From the NCBI GenBank assembly GCA_031835245.2, contig JAVKOQ020000076.1, forward strand, positions 124,001-188,000: a stretch of 64,000 bases of DNA, written 5' to 3'. Below the pieces are notes generated by a model. That model was not told the DNA's origin, did not search any database, and saw only the letters and a program-made list of their open reading frames with translations. The stretch comes from Balamuthia mandrillaris (taxonomy: Eukaryota). Below, piece by piece: positions 1 through 11,017 of the stretch. Position 1 is the stretch's first letter. Every line of letters begins with the position of its first letter. A program made the translations under genes and the position numbers.

Positions 1-22
1 TCTCTCGCTCTCTCTTCTGTAG

Positions 23-67
23 GTGTGGTTGACCAATTCTGGCGATTCAGTTTCTATTTGGCAATAA
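23..67 (+). CDS. Possible terminal exon of an upstream gene (VWLTNSGDSVSIWQ*), WD40-like ending
   Basis: Pyrimidine tract plus TAG acceptor at 20-22, then an open frame ending in a WD-like 'VSIWQ' and TAA at 65-67; the rest would lie outside the window. Confidence 0.3.
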   Translation: MWLTNSGDSVSIWQ

Positions 68-274
68 TATGTACCTCAAAAGGGTACCTTAAGACTTATG
101 TATGTTTGCAGTTTTATTTTCCTCCTCCTTTCTCCTCTACACAAAAAGGTGGTCATCGGTGGTTGATATAGTCTGGCCAGACTTGCCTCTATAAGGAACA
201 ACTATCCTTATAGGGTTTAGCGGTGCATAGGAGAGCTCAGTTGAAGTTTGGGGACCTCTGGGAAGCATCGAAGA

Positions 275-2443
275 ATGAGGCTAACGACCCACTTGTCACG
301 GGTGTTTGTGGCAAGTTTGGTGCTCCTTTTCTTCTACTCTTGCATCTTTTCCTTCTTTATGATGCATAAGAGCAGCGAACCAGACGACTGGCAACTGGGG
401 CACCTGTTCCATCGCGGCAAAGGACGAGTTCCCTTGCTTACTGCCTCAAGTTTGCCGTCCACCATCCAACAACCTCTTCTGCCCCCTTCTTCTCCTTTCT
501 CCCTTTTGTCTACTCCTTCAATTCAATCCTCGTTTCTCACTCTACGGGACTCTGACGCGGAGATGCAAGTCTATCCTTTTGGAGCGACGCGTGAAGACCG
601 TGTCTCCGTGATTGTTCTGTGGAGAGAGTCCATCACACTCACCCCAGAGACACTGGAAAACGTTCTCCAAGGATGTCCTTCCAGTACGGAGGTAGTTTAT
701 ATCCACTTGGATCTCGTCTTCTGGCGGCCGGTGCTTCAACAGGCGGAAGAGCTTCAGCTGCGCTATCCCAACTTGAAGATCATGACGCTGTCCCGTTGGG
801 AGGACCGACAGACCACCTACCGCAAGGGCCTTGAGCGCGTGAACTCTCGGTGGGTGCTCTTCCACGACAACAACAACCTCAACACGGAGAAGAACATGTT
901 GGACAGGCTAGTGCGAGCCTTCAAGACCACCTCCCCTCCGCCCGTCATCCTAGCCCCTCTCGTCGGTGCTGTTGCAGAGATAGGACAAAAACAGGTTCTG
1001 GACCATCATGCCGTGATGAAGGTTTCCCTTGTGGACTCGACCCTCCTGGGACGTTCGGCTGATGTGGACGACAGGCCGCTATTCCACTGGGGCGGATGGG
1101 AAGGGATCCCGCTGGCCAACTCGGCGGGGCTGAAGGTGCTTTCTGGCCCAATGATAGAGCTGCACTCCTACATGATCGATGCTGGACGGCTTGACGAGGG
1201 CTACCAGGCATTCAACCCGGACTGTGCCTTTGCCGCCTACCACGCCTGCGTGGGCTTGGCCATGTACAAGCAGTTTGGGGAGGGAGCTTCGGCGGTCTTG
1301 GCCAACGCTTCCTTTGATTACGTCTATCCCGTGGCGCACCTTCAGCTGATGGACATCCCTTTGACCACCGGCCGGTGGAACCCATGGGACTGCCTTCGTT
1401 CCATCAGCTACCTGGAGTACGCCTACAATGTTGTCTACTTTCATCAGTGCGGATGGGATTGGCATATCAGAATGGCGTTTTACAAGGCTGAATTCGTCGG
1501 CACACCAGAAGAGCCTCTGTCCAAGGATCCTGTGCTGATAACGGCGCTTCTTCACTCTATGTACGTCTTGAACCATCTTACTCATGCGCTTGTCCTACGG
1601 CCAGCTGTGCCTCATCTGAGTAATGAACAAGAAGCGCTGAATGCTCTTTACTCACGTGGAGAAGAGGCGGGATGGATGCCTCCTCGCGACTTTCTCTTCT
1701 GGCTCTCAACCAATGCTGACCTCCTCCAACAGTTTGGCGAAGAAGACGACGAGGACACCGCAATTCTTCATCTTGCTGCATTGATGGAGCAACGGTCTAT
1801 TCCTCCTTTCTCTCAGACCACGACCAACGAGAACGACGATGTTGAGGATACTCGCGCTTGGCTCCGAGAGAGCATCCCCTTCATCTCTCGCCAGGAAGAG
1901 ATCCCCAAAGAGAAGTGGCTCTTCGAGACGGCCAAACACGACAACATCCACTGGTGCCTGCAGACGTATGGCTTCTTGTGGGTGCAGGCCGACCTCTCCC
2001 CGGCCATCCATCGCAAGTGGCAACAGAAGAGCGTGGCGGTGCTGCACTCCAGGCGTTGGAACGTGTACCGCTATCTCTTGCTGGTGGAGGGGGAAATGGT
2101 CAGCATCAATCGGGTGGCAGGGGAGGAGGCCGAGTTGGCCGCGTTTGCCCGCGAGCGGCACCGTGGGGACCCTTCCCTGTTCCAGGCCTCCCTCTTTTGG
2201 ACCGCGGAGCGGGACCGCCCCACGCGGACCTTGTGCTTTGACGTGGGGCTGGCGCGATGGCTGGCGTGCCCTCACGATGGCGTGGGATTGCCGCTGATGT
2301 CGCGGGGGTTCTCTCTGGTGAAGTGGGGCAAGAGGTCGGGAGGCGAGCACGCGATGAGACACGTAAACGGAGGAGGGTGGCCCATCAAACGGATTGCAGA
2401 CATTATGAAGGGAGATGAGGGGGAGGCGGAAGAAACGCGGTGA
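275..2443 (+). CDS. Type II membrane protein with a GT-A/GT2-like glycosyltransferase domain, intronless
   Basis: Uninterrupted ~720 aa ORF from ATG 275; N-terminal TM helix (VFVASLVLLFFYSCIFSFF), Pro/Ser stem, then VSVIVLW...TLENVL...EVVYI...KGLERVNSRWVLFHDNNN, resembling the GT2 N-terminal fold with a degenerate DxD. Confidence 0.55.
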   Translation: MRLTTHLSRVFVASLVLLFFYSCIFSFFMMHKSSEPDDWQLGHLFHRGKGRVPLLTASSLPSTIQQPLLPPSSPFSLLSTPSIQSSFLTLRDSDAEMQVYPFGATREDRVSVIVLWRESITLTPETLENVLQGCPSSTEVVYIHLDLVFWRPVLQQAEELQLRYPNLKIMTLSRWEDRQTTYRKGLERVNSRWVLFHDNNNLNTEKNMLDRLVRAFKTTSPPPVILAPLVGAVAEIGQKQVLDHHAVMKVSLVDSTLLGRSADVDDRPLFHWGGWEGIPLANSAGLKVLSGPMIELHSYMIDAGRLDEGYQAFNPDCAFAAYHACVGLAMYKQFGEGASAVLANASFDYVYPVAHLQLMDIPLTTGRWNPWDCLRSISYLEYAYNVVYFHQCGWDWHIRMAFYKAEFVGTPEEPLSKDPVLITALLHSMYVLNHLTHALVLRPAVPHLSNEQEALNALYSRGEEAGWMPPRDFLFWLSTNADLLQQFGEEDDEDTAILHLAALMEQRSIPPFSQTTTNENDDVEDTRAWLRESIPFISRQEEIPKEKWLFETAKHDNIHWCLQTYGFLWVQADLSPAIHRKWQQKSVAVLHSRRWNVYRYLLLVEGEMVSINRVAGEEAELAAFARERHRGDPSLFQASLFWTAERDRPTRTLCFDVGLARWLACPHDGVGLPLMSRGFSLVKWGKRSGGEHAMRHVNGGGWPIKRIADIMKGDEGEAEETR

Positions 2444-2601
2444 ACGAAGAAGAAGCAAGAAGCAGAGAAGCAAGAAAAAGAAGAAGAAGAAGAAGAAGAA
2501 GAAGAAGAAGAAGAAGAAGAAGAAGAAAAAGAACAAGAAGGAGAAGAAGAACAAGAAGAACAAGAAGCACAAGAACAGGAAGCACAGGACGAAGAAGAAG
2601 A
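2444..2601 (+). repeat. (GAA)n/(GAACAA) purine-rich microsatellite, intergenic
   Basis: Directly visible tandem trinucleotide run after the upstream stop codon. Confidence 0.9.
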
Positions 2602-2664
2602 AAAAAAAAACGTATATTGTTTCGGTGAATATAATGACAAAACAAAAAAAAAAAAAAGCAAAAA

Positions 2665-3391
2665 ATGAAATGGTTTCGGAGGAGAGACAAACCACGCCCG
2701 ACCACTCCCTCCACCTCCGCCACCACCCTAACAACATCAAGTCCACCGGCACCATCAAGCACCAACACGTCCAACATGTATACACCACCCACGTTTGGCT
2801 CGCTCATCGGATTGGCTTTCGGAGGAGGCTCTTCCTCTGATTCTTCGGGAAGGTGGGCCGACCTGGCGGAGTGCATCAACACCCAGCTGCTCAACCAGGC
2901 GCAGCACCACAGCTATTGGTACACCACGCGCAACGCGACGTTGGACGAGGTGCTGCTGCGCCTGAGGAAGCGGCTGGAGGACACGCGCAAGGAGCGGAGC
3001 ACCAGCCTGAACCTCTCCGACTGTTTGTTGCGGCGCCTGCCAGCAGATCTTACCTCCTCGTTTCGTGCTGAAGGGGAAGGAAGGAGCGAAGAAGAAGAAG
3101 AAGAGGCACAAGTAGAAGAAGAAGAAGCCTTTCGAGAAATAAGAGAGTTGGATCTTTCTGGTTTGTTGTTATTATCTTTCAAAAAGTGTTTTCGTTTAGC
3201 GAGGGGGAGGAGGCTAACCTTACGTTCTTTGCAATGCTTTGTGGATTAACAAAAGGAAACGATCCTGCGTTGGTGACAGAGCTGACGGCCTTGCCTCCTT
3301 ACCTCCAAAGCTTGTGCCTGTCGCGTTTGTCGTTGACACATGTACGTTTGTCTGTGGTTTGTTGTTGTTGTTGTCTTATGTTGTTGTCTTA

Positions 3392-3424
<33 letters not shown>

Positions 3425-3444
3425 CTTATGTTGTTGTTGTCTTA

Positions 3445-3486
<42 letters not shown>

Positions 3487-3490
3487 CTTA

Positions 3491-3589
<99 letters not shown>

Positions 3590-3613
3590 CTTATGTTGTC
3601 TTATGTTGTCTTA

Positions 3614-3698
<85 letters not shown>

Positions 3699-3876
3699 CT
3701 TCTTCTTCTTCTTCTTCTTCTTCTTGTTCTTCATGTTCTGCTTCTTGTTCTTCTTCTAGTTCTTCTTCTTCTTCTTCTTCTTGTTCTTGTTCTTGTTCTT
3801 GTTCTTGTTCTTGTTCTTGTTCTTCTTCTTCTTCTTCTTCTTCTTCTTCTTCTTCTTCTTCTTCTTTCTCCATTCT

Positions 3877-3919
<43 letters not shown>

Positions 3920-6900
3920 TTGCTCTTCTCTTTTGTTATAGGGCATACCCTCTTCATGGGCACTGCTGCAACAACGCAGTGTGTGCAACAGTTTGCTCGA
4001 ACTAGATCTCAGCCACAACCAGCTCGTTTCCGTGCCAGCAGAGCTAACCCAACTCAAAGCATTACAGGCACTGCTGCTTCACCACAACCAATTGACTGCG
4101 CTCTCATTCCCCAGAGAGATCGGTCACATGGCTTTAAAGGTTCTTTTTTTGTTTCGTCTTGTCTCGTTTTCTTTCTTCTGACCTTTGACCTTCATGTGCA
4201 CTGAACAGGTGTTAACATGGGAAGGTAATGCGTCTTTGGTAATGTCATGGGATGCTGTGGGTGTACGTTCAACCCACGACGCTTTGGCTTACATTCGTGG
4301 CGAGTTTCATGGCGTGGATGCCAAGAGCTGGTTCAGCGGCAAACCTGCAACTTCCTCCAACGACGAAGAAGGTACCTCTCTCCCTCTCTCCCTCTCTCCT
4401 TCTCCGTCACTAACAAAGTAACTATGAAGAGATTGTGTGGATGTGGGGTCAGTTGCAAGGCGGTGCAGCAGAAAATCTCCCTAAGCCGCTGAAAGGCTTA
4501 TTCAATGACCGAGCGATCGTTCAAGGTGCCTTGCTCCTTCTCCTCCTTCTTTGTTCAGTTTCCGCTGTTGTCAACATGGGATAGTAAACTTGCAATATAG
4601 TGGCATCAAGTGGCGAGCATAGTGTCTTTTTGACAGATATGGGCGAAGTTTGGACTGTTGGCTCCAACAGTCATGGTCAAGTATGTTTCCTTCTCCTCTC
4701 TTTCTCTCTCTCTCTCTCTCTCATATTTGCTTCCGGTCTAGCGCGTCTCTATTCTCTCTTGCATTTCTAGCTTTTGTTAACTTGTTTGCTTTACTCCTTC
4801 CGCGTTACCTTCAGTTGGGGCTGGGTCACAAAATAGATAGAAGCCGCCCAGAGATAGTGGAAGCTCTGCGTGGCAAAAGAATTGTTCAAGTATGTTGCGG
4901 TCAAACCCACAGCCTTGTGTTGGATGGTACTTTCACGTCTTTTCTCGTTGTTAGTTCTGATTCCTTTTCCTTATGGCACTGTTGCTTTTCGTTCCATCTC
5001 ATACAACAGCGACCGGAAATGTGTACAGTTTCGGTAGCGGTCGTCAAGGCCGGTTGGGCAATGGCGGTACTCACGGTCACTGCATTCCTACTCCTATCAA
5101 AGCATTACTTAACAAGAAGGTATCTCTCGTTTGCTTGTTCTTGTTCCTCTTTTTTTTGGTTCATTATTCTTCTGTTATGTAATGTTGCTCCTTCGCTTCG
5201 CAAAGATTGTACAAATAGCTTCTGGCGCGGCTCATTCACTATGTGTAGATAGAGAGGGAACAGTGTATAGTTGGGGTCTCGACCAGAACGGCCGTTTAGG
5301 TCGTTCCTGCTCTGACGATCCTCTTTCATCTCGTCTTCCTCATCCTGTACCTCTTTCACCTCACATCAAGCGAGCCATTCGCGTTGCTGCTGGAAGCACT
5401 CACTCCCTAGTCTTAACCGAAGACAACACGCTTTGGGGATGGGGCAACAACTTCAAAGGACAACTGGGACTCTCCTCTTCCCTCAACGACGTGTTGCAGC
5501 CCACCTTGATAGACATCTCCTCTCAGTGTCGTGGCCTCATCCAGGAAGTTGTGGCCAGCGCGCAGAACACGATGTTGCGAGTGGGAGATCAAGTGGGAGT
5601 TTTGCAGCACAAGGCCGCAGGTGGCTATCCAATGAAAACATTTGAGGAGCTGAAAGGCATCGACGTGCATCAGATTGCTTGTGGGACGAATCATTTTATG
5701 GTTTGTTTTTGCTTTCTTCGCTTTGTGGCGATGTTGTTTGTCTGTAAGTTATACGAATAGCTGATAACCTTGAATTGGTGAGTGCAGGTTCTAACTTCAA
5801 GAGGCGAAGTGTGGGTGTGGGGCTCTAATACGTATGGCCAGCTCGGGAATGGTACCGCCAATTGCTTGTGCATTTCTGTTTCCTTTGCTTCACTCTTATC
5901 CCTCCTTACCTCGTTTCTCTTCTCCCTTATGATATGCAACCTTCAGGTGATCCCGGAACTCAACCTCGTCCCATAAAACTTAAAGCTCTTGAAGATAAAG
6001 AAGTGTTTCGAGTTGCTTGCAGTAGGGACAGTTCTATTGCCATTCTTGGTTCGTTCCTTTCTTCTTATGTGCATTCTATTCTTTCCCTCATTTCATGTCC
6101 CTTTCCCTCTCTCCCGCTCGTCCACCTTTTTCTCTTTCTCTTCTCTTTCAAAAAACAGGAATGATGAGAGTAGTTTTAGGCGAAGACCTCAAAAACCTGT
6201 TATGGTCCGATTCTTTTGCTGACGTTACGTTTCTTTGCAAGAAGAACGAGCACGAAGAAGAGCTCGTACGCATTCCTGCTCACCGCGTCATTCTCTTTCT
6301 TCGCTGCCCCAACTTCATCGCACGCTATTTGCCTTCTTCTTCTTCTTCACAACATGACGAAGAACTTCAGCCAACAGAAGTAAAAATAGATGACATCGAT
6401 GCAAATACTTTACGCACGTTTTTGAGCTACCTTTACACGGACCGTTTGGACATGACTTTATTGGATGGGGCAAGTAACAGCAACTATAATGACTCTCCCA
6501 TTTATCGTTTGGCGAAACGCTTCAAAGTCACGCGATTGGCAATGATGTGGGAGCGTGACTCGATTCGACTGCAGGAATCCACATTGGCCCACGATATGCG
6601 AGGCGGAGTTGGACTTGATCGTTTCGCGGATGTTCGCTTCGTCATTACTTCTGAGGATGGGCTGCAACCTCCAAAGAGATATGATGAGGAAGAAGAAGAA
6701 GAAGAGGAGAAAGGAAAAGAGAAAGAGAAAGGTGGCAACGTTATTTATGCACACAAGGCCATACTTTCTGCTCGATGGTTCGTTTTTATTTTATGTTATT
6801 TTTTTTTTCTTTATCTAACATACTCTCTCAGTGAATACTTTGCAACGCTGTTTTTGGGAGCAGGCAAAGACATGAAGGAAGGACAAGAAGGAATCATCCA

Positions 6901-7273
6901 CCTTCCCGACTTTGTGGACCGCCCCACTTTCGAAACTCTCCTTGACTTCCTCTACACCGACGAGGGCAAAGAACCACAAAACAGAGAAGCGACAGACGAG
7001 GATGACTATCTCTCCGCAGATATGGCGTTATCGCTGCTCTCCGTGTGCAACTTGTATGGCGTTCATCAGCTGAAAGAGAGATGCCAGTCGATCATCCAGA
7101 AAGCGATCGAGCCGGAGACGGTGGCTTTCGTTTGGCAACATGCCTTGTTGGCGAGCGCAGTGCCACTGCAGCTGTTTTGCGAGGACTACGGCAGGGCGCA
7201 TCGGACGAAGGTGAAGCACTCGGAGGCGTTCCGTTCGCTCCCAAAGCAGTTGCAAGAACAGTTTTGCTCATGA
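2665..7273 (+). CDS. Multi-exon LRR + RCC1 repeat + tandem BTB/POZ protein (RCBTB/IBTK-like Cul3 adaptor)
   Basis: LRRs (LNLSDCLLRRLP, LELDLSHNQLVSVP); RCC1 repeats (VQIASGAAHSL..VYSWGLDQNGRLG, VAAGSTHSL..WGWGNNFKGQLG); two BTBs (FADVTF..IPAHRVIL..FLSYLYTD; FADVRF..AHKAILSAR..LLDFLYTD); GT-AG introns. Confidence 0.85.
3355..3918 (+). repeat. Compound (GTT)n-(CTT)n-(CT)n microsatellite inside an intron
   Basis: Directly visible; lies between the GT donor at ~3342 and the AG acceptor at ~3941. Confidence 0.9.
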
Positions 7274-7320
7274 GCCGAGCTACAAACCAACCAAAAACAT
7301 TTCTGACCATGAGGGAGGGA

Positions 7321-7368
<48 letters not shown>

Positions 7369-7542
7369 ATTGCCACTCGAACAACCGTGCGTGTATCGGG
7401 TTTCGATCCGAGATAATGTCGACGTTTGGCTAATATTTCGTGTCGACATCCATTTAAAAATTCCTGGAAATTTTTTAATATACGTTAAAACAGATACCGC
7501 TAAAAGAAGACCTTCTTGACAGGACAAGGGAAGAGCAGCGCA

Positions 7543-8167
7543 ATGAAACGAGGACGAGCCAGCAAGAAAAATGCGCCCAGGAGGAGGCAGGCACAACAAA
7601 CAGCGGCCACCAGTTTCTCCTATTACTCGGGCGAGCCCGTTTCGTATCACCTGGAACATGCAGGAGCCACCGAGGAGGAACTCGGCTTGGCCTCAAACGC
7701 CGAGGAAGAACTCCCCTCCAATTATTCTTATCCCTTGCCGCTCCCTCGCCAAGGCCATGTCTCGTGGCTCCACGACGGCCACATCTACGTCTACTCGGGG
7801 CGCGTTCGCGGCCAAAACAGGGTCCGTCGTTTCGTTGGGGACATGTGGCGCTACCCCTTGCAGCAGCAGCAGCAGCAACAAGAGGCCGGGGAGGAAAAAT
7901 GGCAGAGGGTGGAGCTCCTCTCGAATGGGGGTTGCTCTGCGCCGGCCCCTCGCCACAACCACTCAGCGGTTGTCCATGGGGGAAAGGTCTGGATGTTCGG
8001 AGGGAGCGGCAAGGATGGCCTCTATTTTGGGGAGCTGCTCGCCTTTGACCTTGCTGCCAACGCATTTGAGGTGGTTGCGGCTGCTTCCAGCTCTTCCGAT
8101 GTGCCAGAAGCGTAAGTTGTTGTTGAGGTTTTTTTTTGAAACAGAAGAGAGGAGAGAGAGAGAGAGA

Positions 8168-8200
<33 letters not shown>

Positions 8201-9285
8201 GAAGACGTTTGCTAAGCGCACTTGTCTTTGTGCGTTTGTGTTGCAGACGCCATGGTCATTCTGCCGTCGTGTGGAACGATAAGATGTACATGTTTGGTGG
8301 TAAATCAGGTCTGTCTTTCTTCTTCTTTCTTCCATCTTCTTCTTGCTGCTTCTTCCTTCTTTCTGCTTTGTGTGTTCCTCTTCTTAACTTGTAGTTCTGA
8401 ATGTTGTTATTGGGCACACAAACAAACAGCCACGGCAGTGTATTTCAATGACGTGCATTGCTTCGACTTTGCCACTCAAGAGTGGTCCATTGTACCAGTA
8501 GCCAAAGGCTCGAAGCCTCATCCCCGCAACTGGCACAGCGCCGTTCTCAATGGCTCCTTGATGGTCATCTTTGGCGGGGCTTATTGGGACGGAAGGTTCG
8601 CTCTTGCTTCCTTGATTTATTTTCCTTCCTGCTTTACTTCAATGATGACCTGGCTGTCCTCCCCAGAGAACATTACTTCAATGACGTGCACGTTTTTGAT
8701 CTTGAGAGTAACGAATGGATGGAAGTAACGTCTTCAACATCATCACCGCCCCCACGGAACCGTCATGTGGCGCTGGTTCTTTCTTCCACAAAAACTTCAC
8801 CACCTATTCTTTCTTCACCCAAAAAGAGAAAAACTGAGGATAAAGAGAAAGAAGAACCGCAAATGAACGCGACAAGCGATAAAGATGAAAACAGAGAAGA
8901 ACAACAGCAAGTTAAGTACATGTGGATTCAAGGAGGAAACTTTTTCGATCCGAAAGTGAGAAAGGATATCTTCTTTGGCGATTCTTTCGTTCTTGAAATG
9001 GGAGGGAGAGAGGTAAACAATTGGTTTTGGCTAAAGCTGCATGCAAGTGGTGATTGCGTTCCCGACAGAGGGCACCACACTGCTGTACTACTTCCTTCTT
9101 CTTCTTCTTCTTCTTCTTCTTCTTCTTCTTCTTGTTCTTCTTCTTCTTCTTCTTCTTCTTCTTCTTCTTCTTCTTCTTCTCCCTCGAACGGCGAGGAACG
9201 AATGGTAGCCTACATCTTTGGTGGAGAGAAACGCAGGACTCGCTTCAACGACCTCATCAAAGTATCATTTCCTTTGTTATGTTGA
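7543..9285 (+). CDS. Kelch-repeat beta-propeller protein (multi-exon)
   Basis: Repeated PR.(G/N)HS..V....(M/I)FGG motifs (PRQGHV..YVYSG, PRHNHSAV..WMFGG, PRNWHSAV..VIFGG, RGHHTAV..YIFGGE..FND). Confidence 0.85.
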
Positions 9286-9887
9286 GCTCCTTTCTTACGA
9301 CCGACAATGCTTAACTATTACATTATTAATGGTTGTTCATTGGCCATTAGTCTCTCTTTTTAGCATCGTCGCCTCCGGCCAAGTTCTACTACTGCCGCGC
9401 GGAAGTGGAGAAGCTCGTGATGAGTTACTGCTGTGACGGGAGACACTCCGGCGAATGCTTGGTGGTGAATGTACCCTGCCGCTTACCCACAGAAAAAAAA
9501 AATGATAAAAAATTGTAGTCGACAAGATCATTGAGATTGATCGTCAAAATATGATTTCGGATTGGTGTTACGGAAATTTATTCGGTAAATTTAATTAATT
9601 TAAAATTAATCAAACGATTGGTTAGAAAATACCCGAATATTTCTTTAAAAGGTAAAATGACGTCATTTGCTTACTTTAAAAGGCCTTATTTTTAAAAGGA
9701 AACCACCCGGAGAAAAACAAAGAAAAGAAGAAAGCGACAAGGAAGAAATAACAAAAGACAAAGGACACCCACAGAGCACCGCGCAAAAGAGGCCTCCCCG
9801 AGAGACAGGCCCCACCACCAGTGCGTCGTGTTGCACACATGAGCAACGAGCTAAGGAAGGAGCAAAACTACACGACAGGAAGGAAAG

Positions 9888-10969
9888 ATGACCGTGTTGC
9901 GCACCACCAAACCGTTGTGTTTGTTGTTGTGGGTAACAGCGCTTTTGTCCTGCGTTTGTGGCGGGATGGCCCAATCTTCTCTGTCTGGGGTGCCTTCCCT
10001 CTCATGGCGGATAGTGGCTGAGTATCCTCATGACGCTGAAGCTTTCACTCAAGGCCTTATTTATGACTATCGTCACCCTGAAGACGACATCCTCTTTGAA
10101 GGTTTCTCCACCCGTTTCTCTACCCTGCTCACTCTGCCATCTCTTGCTCACCATATGAATAAATAGGAACTGGTCTTTATGGCAGTTCTACGCTGCGTCG
10201 CGTTCCTCTCACAACAGGAGAGCCCACCATCCTAGCCTCCCTCGCTTCTCACCTCTTTGGCGAGGGCATCACCATCTTCAACGACACTCGTCTCTTCCAA
10301 CTGACCTGGCAAGCTGGCCTCATCTACGAGTACCACCTTCCGCCTTCTTTCGGACAGGAAGGGCCTACTGCTGAGCTCGTTCCAGTGACTGAATGGCTCA
10401 ATCCTGCCGACGAAGGATGGGGTATCTCTCACGATGACAGCTTCACCACCCTCATCATGAGTGATGGCACTTCCACGCTTTGGTTTCTCGACTTTCCTGC
10501 TTCTTCTCCTTCTCCTCAACCAAGACAAGAGCAAGAGCCAACTGTTCTGAGAACAGTGGAGGTGAGGGATGGAGAAGGAAGGCAGGTGCAGCTGTTGAAC
10601 GAGTTGGAGTGGATTCGAGGCAAAGTCTATGCAAACATCTGGCAGACAAACACCATTGTGGTGATCGACCCAGAGAGCGGCCAGGTGGAGGCCAAGCTCT
10701 TGCTGGGAGACCTCACGCAACGAGCGGAGGACGCAGATCCAGCAGAGCAGGTGGATGTGTTGAACGGCATTGCATGGGATGAGGATGGACAGAGATTGTT
10801 TGTGACGGGAAAGCTTTGGCCAAGGGTTTATCAGTTGGAGGTTGAAGGGCTCAACTTATCCGAAAAAGAAGATAGCGAAGAGAGTTCGGCCAGTGGAGAG
10901 GAAAGTGATGAAGGAGGAGCAGCACAAAGCAGAAGAACGACCGAATGGTTATCAACATTGTTTATGTGA
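9888..10969 (+). CDS. Glutaminyl-peptide cyclotransferase, plant/bacterial (type II, beta-propeller) family, with signal peptide; one intron ~10102-10167
   Basis: Family motifs YPHD..AFTQGL, FGEGIT, EGWGI, SDGT, LNELEWI.G.VYANIW, DVLNGIA, LFVTGKLWP. Confidence 0.92.
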
Positions 10970-11017
10970 GGAAGAAAGTTGAAGAACAAAGAGTCTTTGT
11001 AAATAAAAAAAAGGTAT

